A DNA stretch of 24,000 bases from Christensenella sp. UBA1685. Its GTDB lineage: Bacteria; Bacteroidota; Bacteroidia; Bacteroidales; Bacteroidaceae. The notes beneath the pieces are model-generated. The model had not been told where the DNA came from. It saw only the letters and a list, made by a program, of their open reading frames with translations, and made no database searches. This document shows positions 1 to 6,740 of this stretch, one piece after another. The stretch is from positions 15,146 to 39,145 of the forward strand of contig CAVCAV010000002.1 in NCBI GenBank assembly GCA_963600165.1, read 5' to 3'. Made by a program: the position numbers and the translations under genes. How positions within the stretch are numbered: position 1 is the first letter of the stretch; each line of letters starts with the position of its first letter.

Positions 1-413
1 GGCTTGCGCTGGTCCTTGATTTCAATGGTAAATTTGATTTCCACTTTCGTAATGCCGCGGAGGTTGGCGATGCTGTGAAGCGTAGTAACGAGACGTATGC
101 TTTGACCGCTGAGGACGGCCTGGCCGTACTTCATCTTGTCCATGCCGTAGTTGACCATCATCTTGAGGTTGTTCACCTTGATGATCTGCTCCCACATGTA
201 GGGAAGGAGGGAGAGGGTGAGGTAACCGTGAACGATGGTTTGGCCGAAGGGGCCGTTCTTGGCACGTTCGGTGTCAACGTGGATCCACTGATGGTCGAGC
301 GTGGCATCGGCGAATGCGTTGATGCGGTCCTGGTCGACGGTGAGCCACTCGGACTTGCCGAGTTCCTGGCCGAGGTATTTCTCGAATTCTTCGTAAGAGT
401 TGATGGTAAGCAT
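1..413 (-). CDS. MaoC-like (R)-specific enoyl-CoA hydratase/dehydratase domain protein; 3' end runs off the window
   Basis: Not in the ORF track because there is no in-window stop. Reverse-complement translation from the ATG at 413..411 gives MLTINSYEEFEKYLGQELGKSEWLTVDQDRINAFADATLDHQWIHVDTERAKNGPFGQTIVHGYLTLSLL... The D-x-Q-x-IH-x-D ... HG pattern is typical of MaoC hot-dog dehydratases. The opposite-strand ORF 75..479 is low-complexity shadow. Confidence 0.75.
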   Translation of the reverse strand, partial: MLTINSYEEFEKYLGQELGKSEWLTVDQDRINAFADATLDHQWIHVDTERAKNGPFGQTIVHGYLTLSLLPYMWEQIIKVNNLKMMVNYGMDKMKYGQAVLSGQSIRLVTTLHSIANLRGITKVEIKFTIEIKDQRK

Positions 414-438
414 ATGCGTATAGGTTTGTCTGTACTAT

Positions 439-1470
439 TTATCGTGTGGCTGAAGTTTCGGTCATGGAGAGCGACGTGAGGAGATACTGGGCATTGAGCG
501 TTGCCACGCACTTGTAGGAGCCGAACGTCTTTCCTTCGTTGTCGCGTTCAATGTATTGGTCAACGGTGAAAGTGGCCGTGTAGCCGCCGTCGCCGTTTTG
601 GCGCTTAATGTCCATGTCGCGGTTTACCACGAAACGGCAACTTTCGATGTGCTCGTTGAACATGCCGTTGATGGCGCTGACGACTTCCGCCTTCGTAGCG
701 TTCTTCTGGTGAAGGAAGGTGGTCATCGTGGATGCGATGTTGGAGCAGATGAGCGTTTCGTCCTGCGACTGGAATCCCTTGAAGAATTCGGTGCAGACGT
801 TTGTCACTTCTTCTTGTTCGGAATCGGAAAGCTGATTGTCCTTGATTTGAGTCTGGGCAATGGAGGCTTCTGAAGCATAGCGTCCGTCGGGGTGGGCGTC
901 CATGTACTGCTGGTAGGCATCAGGCGTTCCTAACTTTTGTGCGGTAATCCAGTCGAGAGAGTCGATCTTGATGTCGCACAAGCGTCCGTATTTGTCGCTC
1001 TGATAGGTGTTCTTGAAGTTCTTGAAGTCGTTGACCGTTCCGTTTACGGCGATGCCGTTCCAGGCCTGAATCATTTCGTTGAGGGTGTTGAGACGGTTGC
1101 GTACCTCATCGGCATGGGCACCGTTGGGGTATTTCTCCAAGTATGCCTCGTAGTCTTCGGGATTGTCGTTGTCCTCAAGCGTGTAGTACATCGTTTGCTC
1201 GTCGTCGGTATTTGTCAACGAATAGTAAGCGAATCCGCCTGCACCACAAAGAAGCAGAACGACTATTACGATGATACTGATAATAAGTCCTTTATGGCTC
1301 TTTTTCTCGGGAGGCAGAGGACTGCCCGGAATGGGCTGCTGCTGAGTGGGAGGATAGGGCGGAACAGGATTGGGCGCTTGTCCTGCGGGAACTTCAGGAG
1401 CGGGAGGAACTTGCTGGTGAACGGGTTGTTGAAACCCAGCTTGTCCAGTTGTATTGTTGTCTGTTTGCAT
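439..1470 (-). CDS. Hypothetical single-pass membrane protein: Pro/Gln-rich N-terminal tail, one TM helix, ~260-aa C-terminal domain
   Basis: 343-aa ORF. The N-terminus is PPAPEVPAGQAPNPVPPYPPTQQQPIPGSPLPP, followed by the TM helix GLIISIIVIVVLLLCGAGGFAYY. The motif Y-x2-Y(L/M)-x2-(Y/H)P(N/D)G-x-(H/Y)A occurs twice (YEAYLEKYPNGAHADE and YQQYMDAHPDGRYASE). It lies 9 bp downstream of the preceding ORF. Confidence 0.7.
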   Translation of the reverse strand: MQTDNNTTGQAGFQQPVHQQVPPAPEVPAGQAPNPVPPYPPTQQQPIPGSPLPPEKKSHKGLIISIIVIVVLLLCGAGGFAYYSLTNTDDEQTMYYTLEDNDNPEDYEAYLEKYPNGAHADEVRNRLNTLNEMIQAWNGIAVNGTVNDFKNFKNTYQSDKYGRLCDIKIDSLDWITAQKLGTPDAYQQYMDAHPDGRYASEASIAQTQIKDNQLSDSEQEEVTNVCTEFFKGFQSQDETLICSNIASTMTTFLHQKNATKAEVVSAINGMFNEHIESCRFVVNRDMDIKRQNGDGGYTATFTVDQYIERDNEGKTFGSYKCVATLNAQYLLTSLSMTETSATR

Positions 1471-1479
1471 AAATCAAGT

Positions 1480-1701
1480 TTAGGGCTTGTTCTTGTGCCG
1501 ATTGGCTCGGCGTTGTCTGATGTCGGCTTTCTTCTTGGCAGAACCAGAACCGTGAAGACCTGTAATGTAGGTCTTCTTTTTGGCTTTGGTCTTTACCTTG
1601 TCTTCTTTGGGCTTTTGCTTGAGCTTTGCGCCCTTGAAGGTGATGCCGCCCATCATGGCTTGCGTGATTTCCTCGTCGCTGGCTTTTCGGTCGGTTGTCA
1701 T
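1480..1701 (-). CDS. Hypothetical small Lys-rich basic protein (73 aa)
   Basis: The ORF is MTTDRKASDEEITQAMMGGITFKGAKLKQKPKEDKVKTKAKKKTYITGLHGSGSAKKKADIRQRRANRHKNKP. It abuts the next gene with a 9-bp gap and has no recognisable family. Low-complexity composition makes the coding status uncertain. Confidence 0.4.
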   Translation of the reverse strand: MTTDRKASDEEITQAMMGGITFKGAKLKQKPKEDKVKTKAKKKTYITGLHGSGSAKKKADIRQRRANRHKNKP

Positions 1702-1721
1702 TCGTGGGTGGTTTGTTTGTA

Positions 1722-1763
1722 GGACGAAATCCTGCTTCTGTGCCGAATGGGCATAGAAGCAGG
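1722..1763 (-). terminator. Candidate intrinsic terminator after the AICARFT-domain gene
   Basis: Perfect 10-bp inverted repeat tcctgcttct (1729-1738) / agaagcagga (1754-1763) with a 15-nt loop. On the minus-strand transcript it is followed by UUUCG, which is a weak U-tract. Confidence 0.4.
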
Positions 1764-1800
1764 AATTGTATAGTTCAATATAGGTAAGAACCTACGTGTA

Positions 1801-2982
1801 TCAATGGTGGAAGAGTCGGATGCCGGTGAATGACATGGCCATGCCGTATTTGTCGCAAGTGGCGATGACATGGTCGTCGCGGACGCTGCCGCCGGCTTGT
1901 GCAACATACTGTACACCGCTCTTGTGGGCGCGCTCGATGTTGTCGCCGAAGGGGAAGAAGGCGTCGGAACCGAGAGCCACTTCGGTGTTCTTGGCTATCC
2001 ATTCTTTCTTTTCTTCTGCGGTGAGCACTTCGGGCTTTTCGGTGAAGAACTGCTGCCATGCACCGTCGGCCAACACGTCGTCGTGGTCTTCGGAGATGTA
2101 GATATCGATGGTGTTGTCGCGGTCGGCGCGGCGGATTTTCTCTACCCAGGGAAGGTTCATTACCTTCGGGTGCTGGCGGAGCCACCAGATGTCGGCCTTG
2201 TTGCCGGCAAGACGGGTGCAGTGGATGCGGCTTTGCTGTCCGGCGCCGATGCCGATGGCCTGGCCGTCTTTCACGTAGCAAACGGAGTTGCTCTGCGTAT
2301 ATTTGAGGGTGATGAGGGCGATGCGGAGGTCGCGTTTGGCTGCTTCCGTAAATTCCTTGTTTTCGGTAGGAATGTTCTGGAAGAGTTCGTCGGAAGTGAG
2401 GTCAATCTCGTTGCGTCCCTGCTCGAACGTTACGCCGAACACCTGCTTATGCTCAATGGGAGCGGGGCGGTAGTTGGTGTCCATTTTGAGGATGACGTAC
2501 GTACCCTTGCGTTTGGCACGGAGTATTTCCAAAGCCTCGGGGGTATAGTCGGGAGCAATGACACCGTCGCTGACTTCGCGTTTTATCAGGAGAGCCGTAG
2601 CGAGGTCGCAGGTGTGGGAGAGGGAGATGAAATCGCCGTATGACGACATTCTGTCGGCACCGCGGGCGCGGGCATAGGCGGAAGCAATGGGAGTGAGGGG
2701 TTCCGTGATGTCGTCAACGAAATATATCTTGCGGAGCGTGTCGCTGAGGGGAAGGCCAACGGCAGCGCCGGCGGGTGAAACGTGCTTGAACGAAGCGGCA
2801 GCGGGGAGGCCTGTGGCTGCGCTGAGTTCGCGTACAAGCTGCCATCCGTTGAGGGCATCAAGGAAATTGATGTAGCCGGGACGGCCGCCAAGTACTTCTA
2901 TGGGTAACTCGCCCTCTTCCATGTAGATGCGTGAGGGTTTCTGGTTGGGGTTGCAACCGTACTTAAGTGCAAGTTCTTTCAT
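1801..2982 (-). CDS. purH: AICAR transformylase (PurH C-terminal, AICARFT) domain protein without the IMP cyclohydrolase/MGS-like domain
   Basis: The track ORF 1801..3258 is over-extended. The first 92 codons are Arg/His-rich junk overlapping the PqqD gene. The in-frame ATG at 2982..2980 gives MKELALKYGCNPNQKP...FKHVSPAGAAVG...GGSVRDDHVIATCDKYGMAMSFTGIRLFHH. This matches the PurH formyltransferase-domain hallmarks (LRYGENPHQ, KHxNPxG, GGSxRD...FTGxRxFxH). Length is 393 aa. Confidence 0.88.
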   Translation of the reverse strand: MKELALKYGCNPNQKPSRIYMEEGELPIEVLGGRPGYINFLDALNGWQLVRELSAATGLPAAASFKHVSPAGAAVGLPLSDTLRKIYFVDDITEPLTPIASAYARARGADRMSSYGDFISLSHTCDLATALLIKREVSDGVIAPDYTPEALEILRAKRKGTYVILKMDTNYRPAPIEHKQVFGVTFEQGRNEIDLTSDELFQNIPTENKEFTEAAKRDLRIALITLKYTQSNSVCYVKDGQAIGIGAGQQSRIHCTRLAGNKADIWWLRQHPKVMNLPWVEKIRRADRDNTIDIYISEDHDDVLADGAWQQFFTEKPEVLTAEEKKEWIAKNTEVALGSDAFFPFGDNIERAHKSGVQYVAQAGGSVRDDHVIATCDKYGMAMSFTGIRLFHH

Positions 2983-3026
2983 TGCTTTGTATGGGATAAT
3001 GTATGTGTTCCGAGGTTTTGGGAATA

Positions 3027-3293
3027 TTATTCGGCAATGCCGGCTTCGATGAGCGCCTGGCAAAACTTGTGGACATCGGTTTGGGCTGTTTCGGCATCGA
3101 TGTCGTATTCTGCTGTCAGAGCTTCCACCATTTTGGCTTCGTCGGCCGTGCCTTGTTCTATGAGGCTGAAGATGAAAGCGCCCGTTTCGTTGGACACGTT
3201 GAATTTGGTGTAATCGATGTTGCTGATGCCGTTTGCGAAGATTACCTTTTCGCCGCATACGTCGCGCAGCTCAAATCCGGGTTTGATTTTCAT
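3027..3293 (-). CDS. PqqD-family protein (RiPP recognition element-like peptide chaperone)
   Basis: 88 aa: MKIKPGFELRDVCGEKVIFANG...FNVSNETGAFIFSLIEQGTADEAKMVEALTAEYDIDAETAQTDVHKFCQALIEAGIAE. Size and pattern are those of stand-alone PqqD/RRE proteins: a beta-strand N-terminus, an 'LNETGAxIW' region, a 'Y-D-V/I-D-x-E-x-A-x-x-D-V' region, and a C-terminal 'L-x-x-x-G-L/I-I/A-E'. Confidence 0.8.
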   Translation of the reverse strand: MKIKPGFELRDVCGEKVIFANGISNIDYTKFNVSNETGAFIFSLIEQGTADEAKMVEALTAEYDIDAETAQTDVHKFCQALIEAGIAE

Positions 3294-3317
3294 TGTATGT
3301 TGTATTTATGAACATTC

Positions 3318-3833
3318 CTAAAGTGTGCCATACCGTTTGTTGTCGGCAAAGAAATGGCGGTGGGTGTAGAGGAAGTAGCGGCGCAAGGGGAGAGTGTGCA
3401 TCCAGAAGAAGGAATAAATTCTCCATTTGGCCGAGGTGACGGGCAGTGCCGTTGCGCTTCCTTTGCGGAAGAATGCAGACGCTCTTGCCACTACTTTCTT
3501 TTGTTCCGTTTGTTCCGTGCCGAAAGCGTTGCCGTCGCCACGGAGGGTGATTGATTCGCCTTCAATGCAGACAATGCGGTGGAGTACGAAATTGCCGAGA
3601 GTGGTTTGGGCGAGCACCACATCGCCTACTTTCAGCTCCTTGTTGCCTATGGGTTCGAGCACAATTTTGTCGCGCTTGTTTTCGAGGAACGGGCGCATGC
3701 TAAATCCTTTCGCCACGATGGTCACACTGTGGCCGGCTTCAATGTCCTGACGGATGAACTTGACGAATTCATCGTTGGGAAGCGTGATGACGCGGCTTTC
3801 GTTGGGCGTGAGATTGTGGCTTTGAGGGGACAT
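3318..3833 (-). CDS. S24/S26-family serine peptidase, signal-peptidase-like, with an apparent Ser/His (Sec11/SipW-like) catalytic arrangement
   Basis: 171 aa. It contains G-F-S45-M-R-P-F (G-x-S-M-x-P nucleophile box), VGDVVL, and FVL-H85-R-IV where bacterial SPase I/LexA have K-R. There is no N-terminal TM anchor. The hydrophobic/aromatic C-terminus is WRIYSFFWMHTLPL. Confidence 0.78.
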   Translation of the reverse strand: MSPQSHNLTPNESRVITLPNDEFVKFIRQDIEAGHSVTIVAKGFSMRPFLENKRDKIVLEPIGNKELKVGDVVLAQTTLGNFVLHRIVCIEGESITLRGDGNAFGTEQTEQKKVVARASAFFRKGSATALPVTSAKWRIYSFFWMHTLPLRRYFLYTHRHFFADNKRYGTL

Positions 3834-3870
3834 ATGTCGAATCCGTTGTTATATTGCAAAATATTTGGCG

Positions 3871-4782
3871 CTACTTGCCGTCTTTGGGAAGGTCGGCCAT
3901 GAGCGTTTCGTGGCAAACGTGTGCCGCATCGGCGTCGGGCAGGCAGTTGAGACTGTAGCAAGGAACCTTGTTGCAGATGGTTTCCACTACGTTGCGGATG
4001 CGGTTGGAGAAGTCGCGGTTCCATACCAGTTTGGAAGAAGAGGACCATAGTTCAACGAATCCCATAATGGGTTGCAACTTTTCTATTTCGTTGTTCGGTG
4101 CCTGATGGAGCCGTACGATGCCGCCGAGGGGATACGATTCGTTGAGGTAGAAGTTTCTCTTTCCGCTCCAGGGCGTTCCGAAGATGCGAACGGAGTTGTC
4201 GGGCATGACTCTCAGTGCCGGGTTGTCGTCGTTGAGAATATTGGTTCCGGCAATGTGTTTTACCCACAAGTCGGAGTGGGTGCTTTTCCCTGTGCCGCTT
4301 GTGCCGAGGAACGAAAACGCATAACCTCCATGACACACGGTGGAAGAGTGGATAAGCAACGTGTCGTGTATGATGGCTCCCATGGTGAAAATGAGCATCA
4401 TGGCGTTGTTAAGGCCAAAGGCTTGTTCTTGCTCTGTGCCGCTCAGTGCTATCTCGAAGTCGTTGCACGAGCTTGGGGCATACAGTGTGGTGGCATGCGT
4501 GCCGTTTGCCGTGTAGAGTTTGAACAGCATGCTCCCATTTTTGCTTTCGAAGACTTCCTGGCGGATGTCCATACTGAAGAATTCATGTACGGGTTTGAAC
4601 GTTTCTTCGTTGCAAGCGAAACGGTCTTTTATCTCTACCCTGATTTGGGAGAAGTCTACGCTTTGGTCGTCCGCCTTTCTGCTGAACGGGGCGTAGGAGG
4701 GTAGCAGACGCTTTACGTGCTGTATGTCGCTGGCATTGATGGTGATGCCGATATCGGCGATGGACAGGTGTATCTGGTTCAT
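3871..4782 (-). CDS. HPr kinase/phosphorylase C-terminal-domain-like P-loop protein (putative peptide/protein kinase)
   Basis: 303 aa. LLIHSSTVCHGGYAFSFLGTSGTGKSTHSDLW...ILNDDNPAL resembles the HprK catalytic core (H-[GA]-x-x-V...G-x-SG-x-GKS...DD). The Walker A motif is encoded at 4279-4305. The N-terminal ~140 aa have no recognisable family. Confidence 0.72.
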   Translation of the reverse strand: MNQIHLSIADIGITINASDIQHVKRLLPSYAPFSRKADDQSVDFSQIRVEIKDRFACNEETFKPVHEFFSMDIRQEVFESKNGSMLFKLYTANGTHATTLYAPSSCNDFEIALSGTEQEQAFGLNNAMMLIFTMGAIIHDTLLIHSSTVCHGGYAFSFLGTSGTGKSTHSDLWVKHIAGTNILNDDNPALRVMPDNSVRIFGTPWSGKRNFYLNESYPLGGIVRLHQAPNNEIEKLQPIMGFVELWSSSSKLVWNRDFSNRIRNVVETICNKVPCYSLNCLPDADAAHVCHETLMADLPKDGK

Positions 4783-4822
4783 TGCAAAATGATGGGGCGT
4801 GACGGTCGGCGGCGTGATGCCA

Positions 4823-5248
4823 TTATTCTTCGTTGCCGTGGTTGACAGCGGTGAACTTGAAAGCGGTGCTTTCTAGTTCCACTACTTTTCCGGCAGCAGT
4901 TTTCTTCGCAGACTTTCTTACCTTGATGTATTGGTTCTCCAGTTTCTTGCGTGACGTGTTGAAGAATATCACGCTCGTCTGGTGACCAGGATAAATTCCT
5001 TCAAGGTAGGACTTCAGTTGCAGGGTGTAGTTCGTGCGGTCGTTGAGGAAGTGGGTCTTCTTGTCTATGGTGCCGCCGGGAAGAGCGGAAATCTGTGTGA
5101 GGTAGACCGTGGAGTCGGCCAGACTTGTGCTGAAGCCGAAGGCGTAGATGGTCTTTTCGGGCTGACCTGCCGTGCGGGCCTGTATGCCGGTGCTTGCGGC
5201 AAAGAGAGCGGGGAGGACTATTGCGGCAAGTTTGCGGGATATCTTCAT
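4823..5248 (-). CDS. Hypothetical exported protein (141 aa)
   Basis: The N-terminal signal-peptide-like segment is MKISRKLAAIVLPALFAASTGIQA. Composition is ordinary and the gaps to neighbours are 38 and 40 bp. No family recognised. Confidence 0.65.
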   Translation of the reverse strand: MKISRKLAAIVLPALFAASTGIQARTAGQPEKTIYAFGFSTSLADSTVYLTQISALPGGTIDKKTHFLNDRTNYTLQLKSYLEGIYPGHQTSVIFFNTSRKKLENQYIKVRKSAKKTAAGKVVELESTAFKFTAVNHGNEE

Positions 5249-5286
5249 AGGTTGCAGTTTATGTATTTGACAGAGCCTCGCTAACG

Positions 5287-5472
5287 TCAGTCGAGGTATT
5301 GGCGCAACTTGAGCAGCGCTTCTTCTGTTTGTTCTTTATTGTATCCTTCGTCCTCGAGCCATTGGCGGAAGGCGTTAAGGGCTTTGGTGTGCATTTGTGC
5401 CTTGCCTGCCCGAAGTCCGCTGGCGTACTGGTGGTAGGGGAGAAGGTTGCGGTTGTAGTTTCCGTCGCTCAT
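5287..5472 (-). CDS. Hypothetical small helical protein (61 aa)
   Basis: MSDGNYNRNLLPYHQYASGLRAGKAQMHTKALNAFRQWLEDEGYNKEQTEEALLKLRQYLD. The sequence is more protein-like than the overlapping plus-strand ORF 5299..5490. It is the first ORF after the prfA-proximal repeat. Confidence 0.45.
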   Translation of the reverse strand: MSDGNYNRNLLPYHQYASGLRAGKAQMHTKALNAFRQWLEDEGYNKEQTEEALLKLRQYLD

Positions 5473-5488
5473 GGTTTGATAGTATTGT

Positions 5489-5598
5489 GAGCTCGTGATT
5501 CCTGTGGACGCAAGCTCACTTGAGCTCGCTTACATAAAATAGTAAAAAGCCGTGTAGAGCGCGAAGTCAGGAGACTTCGCCCCCATACGCTACGCCTC
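5489..5598 (-). repeat. Structured intergenic repeat, copy A (downstream of prfA)
   Basis: 5550-5586 is the exact reverse complement of 13307-13343 (37 nt: atgggggcgaagtctcctgacttcgcgctctacacgg). The core contains the hairpin gcgaagtc-tcct-gacttcgc. A second module, 5510-5529, is the reverse complement of gcgagctc-aagt-gagcttgc and parallels 13369-13388. Confidence 0.85.
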
Positions 5599-5621
5599 AT
5601 TATATATAATAAGGAGTGGAC

Positions 5622-6734
5622 TTACATTTCGGCTTCGCGCAGACGTTCGGCGTTTTCCGCTACTACGAGGTGGTCTATGCAGTCCTGGATGTCGCCGTCC
5701 ATGAAGGCTTGCAGGTTGTAGACGGTGTAGTTGATGCGGTGGTCGGTGATTCGACCTTGCGGATAGTTGTAGGTGCGTATTTTGGCCGAGCGGTCACCGG
5801 TGCTGACGAGCGTTTTGCGTCGTGAGGCAATGTCGTCAACGTATTTCTGGTGCTCGCGGTCGTAGATGAATGTGCGCAAACGGGCGAGGGCGCGCTCTTT
5901 GTTCTTGGGCTGGTCGCGGGTCTCGGTACATTCTATAAGAATTTCTTCCACGACTCCCGTGTTCGGATTCTTCCAGTTGTAACGCAAACGCACACCGGAC
6001 TCCACCTTGTTGACGTTCTGTCCGCCGGCGCCGCTGGAACGGAAGGTGTCCCATTTGATTTCGCCCTCGTTGATGACCACGTCAAAGGCTTCTGCTTCGG
6101 GAAGAACGGCCACGGTGGCGGCTGAGGTATGTACTCGTCCCTGTGTTTCGGTGGCAGGAACGCGCTGTACGCGGTGAACGCCGCTTTCGTATTTGAGCGT
6201 GCCATACACGTCGGCACCCGTTACGGAACATACGATTTCCTTGAAACCTCCCGCTGCTCCTTCGCTCGCACTGGACACTTCGAGTTTCCAGCCTTTGCGC
6301 TCGCAGTATTTGCTGTACATGCGGAAAAGGTCGCCGGCAAAGAGGGCTGCTTCGTCGCCGCCCGTTCCGCCGCGAATTTCAAGAATCGCATTTTTTGCGT
6401 CTTCGGGATCTTTCGGAACGAGCATGAGCTTGATGCGCTCTTCAGTTTCGGGTATGGCTTTCTCGCATGCGGACACTTCCTCGCGGGCCATTTCCTTGAG
6501 TTCGGCATCGGACTCGTTGAGCAGGATGTTCTTGCTTTCTTCAAGATTGCCCAGCAACTGTGCGTATTCCTTGCGGGCTTCCATCAAATCCTCCAGTTCT
6601 TTGTATTCGCGGGTGAGGCGAACGTAGCGCTGTTGGTCTGCAATGACGGAGGGGTCGGTGATGAGCGTGCTGACTTCCTCAAAACGCGACACGAGTCCGT
6701 TGAGTTTGTCGAGCAGTGTATTGTTTTCAGCCAT
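5622..6734 (-). CDS. prfA: Peptide chain release factor 1
   Basis: 370 aa with the RF1 tripeptide P-A-T (RVPATETQGRVHTS) and the GGQ motif (SSGAGGQNVNKVES). Confidence 0.97.
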   Translation of the reverse strand: MAENNTLLDKLNGLVSRFEEVSTLITDPSVIADQQRYVRLTREYKELEDLMEARKEYAQLLGNLEESKNILLNESDAELKEMAREEVSACEKAIPETEERIKLMLVPKDPEDAKNAILEIRGGTGGDEAALFAGDLFRMYSKYCERKGWKLEVSSASEGAAGGFKEIVCSVTGADVYGTLKYESGVHRVQRVPATETQGRVHTSAATVAVLPEAEAFDVVINEGEIKWDTFRSSGAGGQNVNKVESGVRLRYNWKNPNTGVVEEILIECTETRDQPKNKERALARLRTFIYDREHQKYVDDIASRRKTLVSTGDRSAKIRTYNYPQGRITDHRINYTVYNLQAFMDGDIQDCIDHLVVAENAERLREAEM

Positions 6735-6740
6735 TTCTGG

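Noticed and set aside
75-479. 134-aa plus-strand ORF (and 173..511 minus strand) at the left edge
   Set aside because: The unlisted minus-strand frame ending at the ATG at 413..411 gives a clean MaoC-like dehydratase sequence. The listed ORFs are shadows of it.
2983-3258. 5' extension of the AICARFT ORF (track start at 3258)
   Set aside because: The extra 92 codons are Arg/His/Gln-rich junk. They overlap the well-formed PqqD gene in another frame. The homologous domain begins at the internal ATG (2982).
3871-4782. Calling the P-loop protein a genuine HPr kinase/phosphorylase (hprK)
   Set aside because: Only the catalytic-core pattern is shared. The N-terminal domain is unrelated. Bacteroidetes generally lack HPr/PTS. 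The genomic context (PqqD plus peptidase) points to a different substrate.
5622-6734. Programmed +1 frameshift, as in release factor 2
   Set aside because: The gene is RF1 (PAT motif) with a single uninterrupted frame, so no frameshift site is expected or seen.
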